Part shown: positions 41,201 to 48,811 of the stretch, in pieces
Numbering within the stretch: the first letter of the stretch is position 1
Layout: each line of letters opens with the position of its first letter
DNA from: Ferruginibacter sp.
GTDB lineage: Bacteria > Bacteroidota > Bacteroidia > Chitinophagales > Chitinophagaceae
Direction of reading: 5' to 3'
Assembly (NCBI GenBank): GCA_044342365.1
Contig: JBIIPY010000002.1
Location: forward strand, 34,711 to 98,710
DNA length: 64,000 nt
Notes under the pieces: model-generated
What the model saw: the letters and a program-made list of their open reading frames with translations, nothing else
Told to the model about the DNA's origin: nothing
Databases searched by the model: none
Program-made: the position numbers and the translations under genes

Positions 41201-44200
41201 CTGGATTCGACAAAATTTGGTTGATCAACCAGCTTACAAAAATGGATAAATCAACTGCTTTCGAGTACAGTAATCTAACCAAGAAAAAAGGTATTCAAAA
41301 AGAAATAGCAGTAACTGAAAAGGACAGAGGAGGAATGGCCATGCAGTATATGTTTGTAAAAAACAACCGATTCTACAACGGCGGTTCAGCTTTTGATATT
41401 CCTTGGAGCAACAAGGCACTCAAGATTACCTATGAAACTTTCCGAGAAAAATTATTGCCAGGTAATAAAGAAGAATGGAAAGTAAAAATTAGTGGTATCA
41501 ATAGTGATAAAGTAGCTGCTGAAATGTTGGTGAATATGTACGATGCATCTTTAGACCAGTTTAAACAACATGATTGGGAAAAACTATCTAGCATTTGGCC
41601 AAAAGTAAATTCCTATAACAGCTGGACTAGTAAAAACTTCAGCAGCGAACGCTCCAATGAAAAATTTAATTGGATCGATAAGTATGAAATTATGGAAGAG
41701 AAGTATTACGATGTATTGGTAAACAATGGATGGAACGAAGGAAAATATGGTTATGCCAAGCATATGAAACTGTCTAGAGAGTCTGTAGATGCTGATATGG
41801 ATGGTGCACCGGCGCCTCCTGAAATCAATCAGGTCAAATTTACTCCTCCAACAATTGTAGCAGACGCTGAAGTAAACGAAGATGGAGTAAAGGACACTCA
41901 AAACAACACAGCCAATACTAACATCCGCAGCAACCTCAAAGAAACGGCTTTCTTTTTTCCGCAGCTTAAAACCGATGCTGCAGGCAATGTAACGTTCAGT
42001 TTCGACATTCCAGAAGCGCTTACTCAATGGAAATTGATGACAATGGTGCACGACAAATCATTGGCGAGTGGGTACGACGAAAGAACCGTGGTAACGCAGA
42101 AACCATTGATGGTGCAGCCCAATGGCCCAAGGTTTATGAGAGAAGGAGATGCCATGGAACTGGTGACAAAAGTGGCCAACCTCAGTAAAGAAGAAATCAC
42201 TGGAACCGTTCAATTAGAATTGTTTGATGCCATCAACAACAAGCCAGTAGATGGTTGGTTAAAAAATATTTTTCCAACTCAATATTTTACAGCACCGGCC
42301 GGACAATCAGTTGCGGTAAAATTCCCCATCGAAATACCGTTTTATTTTAGTGGCGCTTTAACGTACAGGATTAAAGCCATTTCGCAAGACCAGCAATTTA
42401 GTGATGGCGAAGAAAATACCATACCCGTGTTTACCAACAGAATGCTGGTAACAGAATCGTTGCCCCTCAACGTTCGCAATACGAATTCAAAAACATTCAA
42501 GTTTGAAAAACTTTTGCAATCAGGCAACAGCGAAACTTTGAAAAATCACGCACTCACGGTTACGTATAGCAGCAATCCATCTTGGTACGTGGTACAAGCT
42601 TTGCCTTATTTGATGGAGAACAAGGATGACAATGCCGACCAGCATTTCAACAGACTTTATGCCAATATCCTTGCTGAAAGTATTGCCAATAGCAGTCCAA
42701 AAGTAAGCGCGATTTTTAACCAATGGAAAAATTTGGATACCGTTGCATTGCAATCGAACCTACAAAAAAACGAAGCCTTAAAAGCTGCTTTGTTAGAAGA
42801 AACGCCTTGGGTATTGGATGCCAAAAACGAACAGGCTCAAAAGAAAAATATTGCCCTACTATTCGATTTGGTGAAACTGAATGCTGAAACCAAAAGCAGT
42901 CTCACTCAACTTCAAAACATGCAACTCCCCAACGGAGGCTTTGGCTGGTTCAAAGGTGGGCCAGACGATCGATACATTACACAATACATTCTTACAGGAA
43001 TTGGCCATTTGAAAAAGCTCAACGTACTCAACACTACCGATGCGGCCAATTTGCAACCAATGATCAACAAAGCCTTGGTTTATTTAGATGCACGCATCAA
43101 AGACGAATACGAGCAACTGCTGAAAAACAAAGCCAATCTTGCAGAAAAACAATTGTCGGCCACAGCCATTCAATATGGTTATATGAGAAGCTTTTTTACA
43201 GAAATACCAGTACCAGAAGCCAGCAACCCAGCTATAAATTTTTATAAAGAACAAAGCAAAAAATTCTGGGTAAAAGAATCAAAATACATGCAGGCTATGA
43301 TTGCTTTGAGTTTGCACCGCAACAACCAAACATCTGTAGCAAAAGCAATTTTAAAATCGTTGCATCAAAACGCCATCGTAAAAGAAGACTTGGGTATGTA
43401 TTGGAAAGAATTTAATACGGCTGGTTATTATTGGCACCAGGCGCCCATCGAAGCACAGGCCTTGATGATTGAAGCCTTTACAGATATTGAAAACAACACC
43501 CGTACGGTGAATGATCTCAAAACATGGTTGCTCACCCAAAAACAAACCAACAACTGGCGCAGCAGCCGTGCCACTGCAGATGCTTGTTATGCATTGTTAC
43601 TAGGCGGCGGTAGCAATTGGATAGCCGAAGAAGCAGAAGTGAATATACAGTTGGGAGAAACAAATATCCGTTCTACTGATAATATAATAGAAGCCGGTTC
43701 CGGATATTTTTCAGAAACGATTGTAGCCGAAAAAGTAAAAGCAGCCATGGGCAATATTGTGGTGAGTGTGAAAAGGCCAGACAATCAAACTTCCCAACCT
43801 GGTTTTGGTGCCGTGTACTGGCAATACACAGAAGATCTTGATAAAATTACACCGGCTGCTACGCCATTGCAACTGGAGAAAAAAATATACAAAGAAAGCA
43901 ATTCAGATAATGGGGCAGTATTGACTGAATTGAAAGAAGGCGATGTTTTAAAAGTGGGTGACAAAATCAACATTCGTATTGTATTAAAAGTAGACCGAAA
44001 CATGGAGTACGTGCACATGAAAGACATGCGTGCTGCAGCCATGGAGCCCATCAATGTACTAAGTGGATACAAGTGGCAGGGCGGTTTGGGTTATTACGAA
44101 AGCACCAAGGATGCCAGTACCCATTTCTTCTTTGGAACCCTACCCAGAGGCAGCTATGTATTTGAATATGGGTTGTTTGCCACGCATGCGGGTAATTTCA

Positions 44201-44283
44201 GCAATGGCATCACCAGCATTCAATGCATGTATGCTCCAGAATTTACGAGCCACAGTGAAGGCATTAGAATCAACATCGAATAA
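38221..44283 (+). CDS. Alpha-2-macroglobulin family protein (second type), thioester motif absent
   Basis: Sec signal peptide (VDA|Q), MG2 motif FTDRAIYRPGQTV, FSVEEYKRPKF, RSNLKETAFFFPQL, PEALTQWK and MYAPEF. The thioester position reads NADQ. Start set at MKDFF. Confidence 0.92.
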   Translation: MKDFFKIITVFFLLFNFTNVDAQPNNEFLQEWKQVEAFEAKGLTQDALNEVNQIFDKAITASMQPQQIKAAMYLMKYRNMVQEDNQEKNLFYIDTLINRTKAPAKNILQSMQAELFASYLNNHRYELFDRTAIVAENSKDISTWSIEKLHFTSNQLYKASLQDIIILQKTPIDAFEAILTPGKNTRTLRPTLYDFLAFRALDHFIAADEVLPSNTANKFIINDEKAFAPIPTFVAHRFTTTNTSSSYFDALQLLQQILAFHQNDANKDPLLDADLIRLAFVQQNGVFSNKEKLYSAALLQIEQTYTSSSFAGMAMFLRAQEWQNKGMEYSPSNKTNQFDLIKAIEIATAIQQKYPGTEGAKKSSNLIADISQPSFNVTTEKVNLPNEPMRCLATYRNVPSLHFRLIKTNKTEMELFGTDDDSIWKTLINMPMLRSWNQVLPDEKDYQEHSTEIKIDALPLGTYMLLASVKPDFTLTDNILSSQMLYISNISYIENNEKGIFVLHRKTGQPLSNATIQVWENEYDYNSRKNNSKQAEKFTTDANGFATIQLDQRKYNTRLQILHKKDELFTDDNYYHYDYNSNNVNKKVKTFLFTDRAIYRPGQTVFFKGIVLSKYDSLHTNSVIANYKSTMLLINSNGEKAGSVEVTSNEFGSFTGNFVLPTGVLNGNFSLIDSSSKDVFNFSVEEYKRPKFITSIDKPAGTYKLNDTIVVKGKATAYAGNTINDAKVSYRVVRRTRYPIWWGWGNYVKSLPPFGNNVSAEITNGFTSTDADGIFVIKFKAIPDEKIDAKDPVTFYYEVSADVTDLNGETRSASNDVAVARHALELNVQLPERLAAADFKKIQVLSTNLNGLFEQSKVQLELFSLQQPNKMYRERFWETPDLFVMDKKTFESFFPYDEYANEADPKNWSINKREWATTDTTQRNGNFNVQYKTIQPGYYKLIASTTDQFGELVKTEKIIRIYDPKKPSILDPFVLDVKNPTATPGESLAYDFHTGFDKIWLINQLTKMDKSTAFEYSNLTKKKGIQKEIAVTEKDRGGMAMQYMFVKNNRFYNGGSAFDIPWSNKALKITYETFREKLLPGNKEEWKVKISGINSDKVAAEMLVNMYDASLDQFKQHDWEKLSSIWPKVNSYNSWTSKNFSSERSNEKFNWIDKYEIMEEKYYDVLVNNGWNEGKYGYAKHMKLSRESVDADMDGAPAPPEINQVKFTPPTIVADAEVNEDGVKDTQNNTANTNIRSNLKETAFFFPQLKTDAAGNVTFSFDIPEALTQWKLMTMVHDKSLASGYDERTVVTQKPLMVQPNGPRFMREGDAMELVTKVANLSKEEITGTVQLELFDAINNKPVDGWLKNIFPTQYFTAPAGQSVAVKFPIEIPFYFSGALTYRIKAISQDQQFSDGEENTIPVFTNRMLVTESLPLNVRNTNSKTFKFEKLLQSGNSETLKNHALTVTYSSNPSWYVVQALPYLMENKDDNADQHFNRLYANILAESIANSSPKVSAIFNQWKNLDTVALQSNLQKNEALKAALLEETPWVLDAKNEQAQKKNIALLFDLVKLNAETKSSLTQLQNMQLPNGGFGWFKGGPDDRYITQYILTGIGHLKKLNVLNTTDAANLQPMINKALVYLDARIKDEYEQLLKNKANLAEKQLSATAIQYGYMRSFFTEIPVPEASNPAINFYKEQSKKFWVKESKYMQAMIALSLHRNNQTSVAKAILKSLHQNAIVKEDLGMYWKEFNTAGYYWHQAPIEAQALMIEAFTDIENNTRTVNDLKTWLLTQKQTNNWRSSRATADACYALLLGGGSNWIAEEAEVNIQLGETNIRSTDNIIEAGSGYFSETIVAEKVKAAMGNIVVSVKRPDNQTSQPGFGAVYWQYTEDLDKITPAATPLQLEKKIYKESNSDNGAVLTELKEGDVLKVGDKINIRIVLKVDRNMEYVHMKDMRAAAMEPINVLSGYKWQGGLGYYESTKDASTHFFFGTLPRGSYVFEYGLFATHAGNFSNGITSIQCMYAPEFTSHSEGIRINIE

Positions 44284-44304
44284 TTTACTTCATTCATTAA
44301 TACG

Positions 44305-44334
44305 AGCCCTTTGGAATTTTTCAGAGGGCTTTTT
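44305..44334 (+). terminator. Intrinsic terminator after the second A2M
   Basis: AGCCCT...AGGGCT stem followed by a T-run. Confidence 0.7.
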
Positions 44335-44362
44335 ATTTATATTCGCGTTCTAAACCCATTAC

Positions 44363-44797
44363 ATGCAAGCGCAAACAGAAAAAGGCAATCATATCAGTCT
44401 CCAAGCCAATAGCAACGGAGAGGCATTTTACAAAATACCCGAGCGATACCGCAAGATGGAAAATTTGCACATCGTATTTTGGTTGTTCAAAGACATTGCC
44501 TGGTGCATGCTTTGGAAACCACTTGGGATTTTAATGGTATTCCCTACCCTTTTAATTGCCATCATCATCAGTTGGAGAACCAAAAACATTGTGAGTGAGC
44601 TTTGCCACAATCTCGCCATCGTACTTTGGATTTCTGCCAACTCCTATTGGATGATCAGTGAATTTTTACATTTCGATAGCATCATCATTACCGGTACAAT
44701 TACCTACAAGCACATTGCTATCATACCGTTTGTATTGGGTATTTTGATATTGGGTTGGTTTTATTTGTGGTATGTACCGAGGTACAAACGGGTTTAA
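44363..44797 (+). CDS. Hypothetical 4-TM membrane protein
   Basis: Four hydrophobic segments; ENLHIVFWLFKD and HNLAIVLWISANSYW look like a duplicated unit. Confidence 0.75.
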   Translation: MQAQTEKGNHISLQANSNGEAFYKIPERYRKMENLHIVFWLFKDIAWCMLWKPLGILMVFPTLLIAIIISWRTKNIVSELCHNLAIVLWISANSYWMISEFLHFDSIIITGTITYKHIAIIPFVLGILILGWFYLWYVPRYKRV

Positions 44798-44864
44798 GAT
44801 AAATGTTTCAGGCCGCAATAAGAAACTCTCAAAAATAAAGATACTTGCAAAAATGGCCAGCCAT

Positions 44865-45896
44865 CTATAGCTGCAACAATTCTTTTAAATGTGCCGCACT
44901 AGAAATTATCCTTGTATTGGCCTGTAGGTTTTGCTGCAGTTCTTTAATATTATTGATGTCATATTTTATCCTGGTTTCTACCGACGGCGGTTTCTTTCCA
45001 TGCATATAAAAAGATTCATTTGATCCAAAGCTGTGAAATATATTTTGTTGAAGGATTCTTTTCAAAGCCTCCAGCTTTTTTTTCATAGAGTTGTTGTATA
45101 ATTTTAGCAATTGCAAAGAATAGGTTTTTTCGGAGCTGCTTGTTTTATTAATCACATCTGCTTTTTGTTTGATAAACAACATGGCATGAATATCTGCCTT
45201 GTCTTTGGCAGCAGTTAATTCTTTCATCAATTCCTCTTTGCGATAACGGATAGCCTCGTCCTGCTCAAGGTCGGGATGGATGAGTTTAGCCAGTTCTTTG
45301 TATAATTCAGAAATAGATTTTTTCTCCATATCATCTGCCAACTTTTTTTTGGTTTCATTATTTGACCGGCTAAAAGGTTGTTCTCTTGAATAATCGTCAT
45401 CTTCATTTAAATAAGTTTCTTCATCTTCCTCCTGCTGCAATGCAGGCGCTTTTTTCGTTTTTGGAAACAGGCCCAATTGCCAGTTGAGGTAATTATCCAT
45501 TTTATCTTTGGCGGCCTCCAGGTGTACGGCTGCGTCCTGCAGGATAAATATGGCAAATGCCACAAAACTTCTTTCCATGTTTTTAGAAAATTTGTTGGCA
45601 TAAAATATTGCTTCCAGTTTTTCTATAAACAACAGTTGTGTGTGGGCCAGCTCAATTAAAAAGGGCTGTACTTTCGAAAAGAATAACTGCTGGTATTTTT
45701 CATCTTCCATCTTTTGCCGCTCATTTTCCTTTTCCTGTTCCTTCAGTTCTTTAATCAGTTTATTAAAACGCCGCATTTCTTTTTCAAGAGGGGTATCATT
45801 TTTAGAAGCTTTCTTTTGGGTAAGCTGAATGAGCGGCAGTATATCTGCCTGGTCATTTTCCAATTGTTCTGTCATATCTAAATATTTTTTATCCAT
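44865..45896 (-). CDS. Coiled-coil protein with degenerate J-domain-like HPD motif
   Basis: 343-aa ORF with an N-terminal coiled coil, an acidic stretch, and ISELYKELAKLIHPDLEQ...ELMKELTAAK. Confidence 0.75.
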   Translation of the reverse strand: MDKKYLDMTEQLENDQADILPLIQLTQKKASKNDTPLEKEMRRFNKLIKELKEQEKENERQKMEDEKYQQLFFSKVQPFLIELAHTQLLFIEKLEAIFYANKFSKNMERSFVAFAIFILQDAAVHLEAAKDKMDNYLNWQLGLFPKTKKAPALQQEEDEETYLNEDDDYSREQPFSRSNNETKKKLADDMEKKSISELYKELAKLIHPDLEQDEAIRYRKEELMKELTAAKDKADIHAMLFIKQKADVINKTSSSEKTYSLQLLKLYNNSMKKKLEALKRILQQNIFHSFGSNESFYMHGKKPPSVETRIKYDINNIKELQQNLQANTRIISSAAHLKELLQL

Positions 45897-46221
45897 TTAA
45901 GATTGATGATTAGCGAAGTGCAAATCTCGTCAAATTTTAAATTGCTGCCACTCATCATACTTACTTTACCATTGATGAAAGAAATGTTTCCGCCCTTAAC
46001 GGATTTATTCCTACAATTGCGAGCTTCTATATATCTTCGTATTCCAAATTTAAATGGAGCATGCTCCCATATAAAATGTACCATCTTTTCGCAAAGCGAT
46101 TTTTCAATTTTCGCCAATGAGTTTAACTGGCGTCTAATGATTACTATTTACTTGAGTCGCTTTTTTTACAAACTATTTAGGGCAAATTATATTACAGCAC
46201 CATAAAAATTAAACCAGTACA

Positions 46222-46557
46222 ATGAATAAATATAAAATAATATTAACCGGAGTATTCCTTTCTGCTACTATTATTTTTTCATCCTGTGAAGATGAAAAGA
46301 ACGAAGATCTTACCCAAACCGTTAATAAAAACGGATCTGTTGAAACATCTGTAACCGTGGAGCATTTAGACAGCGTGAATGACATACTGGTGACCAAGCA
46401 TGCCGTTTGGCACAAGGGTTCTATCAATAAAACTTTTGAACACAGGGATACTGTGCCTGCCCTTGGATCGGAAAAGACAGCTATAAAAGACGATTTTGGT
46501 AACGATAAAAATGTAGAAGCAAAAAAAGAATACGAGATTTTTATTACGGTGAAGTAG
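46222..46557 (+). CDS. Small hypothetical lipoprotein
   Basis: Lipobox FSSC followed by acidic EDEKNED; the mature part appears beta-rich. Confidence 0.8.
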   Translation: MNKYKIILTGVFLSATIIFSSCEDEKNEDLTQTVNKNGSVETSVTVEHLDSVNDILVTKHAVWHKGSINKTFEHRDTVPALGSEKTAIKDDFGNDKNVEAKKEYEIFITVK

Positions 46558-46603
46558 GAGAAAGCTGATTGGTGAAATCTTCAAAGAGCTACGGAAATTA
46601 GAG

Positions 46604-47007
46604 GTTGAAAAACGTTGAACGGCTTGAACTTCTTGAACCTTGAACCTCTTGAACGTTGAACCTCTTGAAAGTTGAACCTCTTGAACGTTGAACCTCTTGA
46701 ACGTTGAACCTCTTGAACGTTGAACTTCTTGAACGTTGAACCTCTTGAACGTTGAACCTCTTGAACGTTGAACCTCTTGAACGTTGAACTTCTTGAACGT
46801 TGAACCTCTTGAACGTTGAACCTCTTGAACGTTGAACCTCTTGAACGTTGAACCTCTTGAACGTTGAACCTCTTGAACGTTGAACTTCTTGAACGTTGAA
46901 CCTCTTGAACGTTGAACTTCTTGAACGTTGAACTTCTTGAACGTTGAACTTCTTGAACGTTGAACCTCTTGAACGTTGAACCCCTTGAACGTTGAACCCC
47001 TTAAACT
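46604..47007 (+). repeat. 16-bp tandem repeat array (TTGAAC[C/T]TC TTGAACG), ~23 regular units at 46640-47007 with a degenerate left edge
   Basis: Counted by hand. Units 6, 10, 16, 18, 19 and 20 have TTC, units 22-23 have CCC, unit 2 has TTGAAAG. No unique spacers. Confidence 0.97.
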
Positions 47008-47036
47008 TTTGAAACATCTTAAACATTAAAAGACGA

Positions 47037-47381
47037 ATGAAAAAAACAAAAACAATACAACTCATTTTAATTACTGCAGCCCTAGCATCCTGTGCCGAAA
47101 AAAAGAAAGAGCCCGAGTGGGGCAGCGGCAATAAAACTTATGTGAGGGGCGATAGTACCGCACCTTATACCCGCACTCACCACGGCGGCGGAGGCATGCT
47201 GGGTGTGGCGCTATGGTATTATGCCTTCAGGCCCTATGGAGGTTTTAATAATGGAACTTATTCACGGGCTGGATATTATTCCAATGCAATACCACACAAT
47301 GCCAACATAGGAGCCAACGGATTAAAAGGAAAAGCAGTGAGGGGCGGATTTGGAAGAACAGGGGTTAGAGCAGGCAGCTAA
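47037..47381 (+). CDS. Small Gly/Tyr/Arg-rich lipoprotein, YgiB/YjfM-like (RGGFG tail)
   Basis: Lipobox LASC, Gly/Tyr-rich body and C-terminal AVRGGFGRTGVRAGS; directly upstream of a GSP-synthase-like gene, as in E. coli ygiB-ygiC. Confidence 0.75.
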   Translation: MKKTKTIQLILITAALASCAEKKKEPEWGSGNKTYVRGDSTAPYTRTHHGGGGMLGVALWYYAFRPYGGFNNGTYSRAGYYSNAIPHNANIGANGLKGKAVRGGFGRTGVRAGS

Positions 47382-47383
47382 GC

Positions 47384-47616
47384 AGATGTATGATGTTGGA
47401 TGTGCTATGTAGGATTTCCTCCCGTTCGATTAAATTTTTTGTTTACAAATTTTTTAACTGTAAAAAGAAAACAGAAAAATCGGCCCTTATCATGCAAAAG
47501 AAATTTTAAAACCCCTTATACATTTCGAATCATTCATAACATGATGTAGATATTCTCTTTTCATGAATGCTCTTTCATTTTAAAAGAAATCATACATCAC
47601 ATATCATAAATCATCT
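47384..47616. repeat. Inverted degenerate heptad-repeat arms bracketing the intergenic region
   Basis: AGATGTATGATGTTGGATGTGCTATGTAGGATTT (47384-47417) is imperfectly complementary to AAATCATACATCACATATCATAAATCATCT (47587-47616). Confidence 0.55.
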
Positions 47617-47619
47617 ATT

Positions 47620-48750
47620 TTGGAACGGATTAAAACACAACCCAGGAGAAACTGGCAGGCGGAGGTAGAAAAACTGGGTTTTGGATTTCATACCAGTGAC
47701 ATGCCTTATTGGGATGAAACAGCCTACTACCGTTTTAGCATAGACGAAATAAATCATGTAGAAAAAGCAACTGCTACTTTATGGGAGCTTTGCCTTGGAG
47801 CTGTTCAGCATGTTATAGATAACAAATTATACAGCCAGCTCAAGATCCCAGAAAATTTTATTCCCTACATAGAAAAAACATGGGACGAAGAACATCCTTC
47901 TATTTATGGCCGCTTTGACCTTTGCTATAAAAACGGCAAAATAAAAATGCTTGAGTTTAATGCCGATACCCCCACAAGCCTTTACGAAGCAGGCATCGTA
48001 CAGTGGTTTTGGTTGCAGGATCTTGATAAAAACAAGGACCAGTTTAACAGCATACATGAAAAACTGATTGCTTACTGGACCTATTTAAAAGTATACCTGC
48101 AGCCCGGCATACTGCATTTTACCTGCATCAAAGATTCTCTCGAAGATTTGACCAATACAGAATACATGCGTGACTGTGCCTTACAGGCGGGCATTGAAAC
48201 CAAACTGGTATTTACAGATGATATTGGATGGGAACAGGAGAGCGCACAATTTGCAGACATGGAAATGGAACCAATCAAAAATATTTTCAAACTATACCCT
48301 TGGGAGTGGCTGGCTGCAGAGCAGTTTGGCCAGAATATTTTGCTGGATACCAATAAAACATTCTGGATAGAACCTGCATGGAAAATGATTTTATCCAACA
48401 AAGCCATTCTTCCAATACTCTGGCAATTGTATCCCAATTGTGAATACCTGCTTCCTGCTTACTTTGAAGAACATGACCTGAAAGATTATGTAAAAAAACC
48501 AATCTTTTCTCGGGAAGGTTCCAATATTGAAATGGTAAAACATTACGGAACCATTGAAAAAACATCCGGCGAATATGGGGCCGAGGGTTTTATTTATCAG
48601 CAACTTTTTAAGCTACCCGAATTTGATGACAACTATCCCGTCATCGGCAGTTGGATCATAGGACAGGAACCTGCAGGCCTCGGCATCAGGGAAGCAAACG
48701 GTTTGATTACAGATAACAAGAGCAGGTTTGTGCCGCATTTGATTGGTTGA
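47620..48750 (+). CDS. Glutathionylspermidine synthase family ATP-grasp ligase (YgiC/YjfC-like, no amidase domain)
   Basis: TTG start; YGRFD, LEFNADTPTSLYEA, EPAWKMILSNKAILPILW, YVKKPIFSREGSNI and PVIGSWIIG. Confidence 0.93.
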   Translation: MERIKTQPRRNWQAEVEKLGFGFHTSDMPYWDETAYYRFSIDEINHVEKATATLWELCLGAVQHVIDNKLYSQLKIPENFIPYIEKTWDEEHPSIYGRFDLCYKNGKIKMLEFNADTPTSLYEAGIVQWFWLQDLDKNKDQFNSIHEKLIAYWTYLKVYLQPGILHFTCIKDSLEDLTNTEYMRDCALQAGIETKLVFTDDIGWEQESAQFADMEMEPIKNIFKLYPWEWLAAEQFGQNILLDTNKTFWIEPAWKMILSNKAILPILWQLYPNCEYLLPAYFEEHDLKDYVKKPIFSREGSNIEMVKHYGTIEKTSGEYGAEGFIYQQLFKLPEFDDNYPVIGSWIIGQEPAGLGIREANGLITDNKSRFVPHLIG

Positions 48751-48782
48751 AATGAATATTTGAGCATAAAGACTGCACAGTT

Positions 48783-48790
48783 TATCTTTG
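48783..48790 (+). promoter_or_regulatory. -7 box for aspS
   Basis: TATCTTTG followed by C, 21 bp upstream of the ATG. Confidence 0.7.
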
Positions 48791-48811
48791 CCGCGAAATA
48801 AATAGATAAAA

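Noticed and set aside
45903-46205. 100-aa plus-strand ORF and overlapping 79-aa minus-strand ORF
   Set aside because: They fill the divergent promoter region and have no recognisable motif; probably spurious.
46604-47007. Tandem array as a CRISPR locus
   Set aside because: The units abut directly with no unique spacers, the period is only 16 bp, and no cas genes are in the window.
46598-47131. 177-aa minus-strand ORF with KRFNVQEVQRSRGSTF repeats
   Set aside because: It arises because the repeat has no stop on that strand. It overlaps the lipoprotein gene antisense and cycles through all three frames. Ribo-seq would be needed to revive it.
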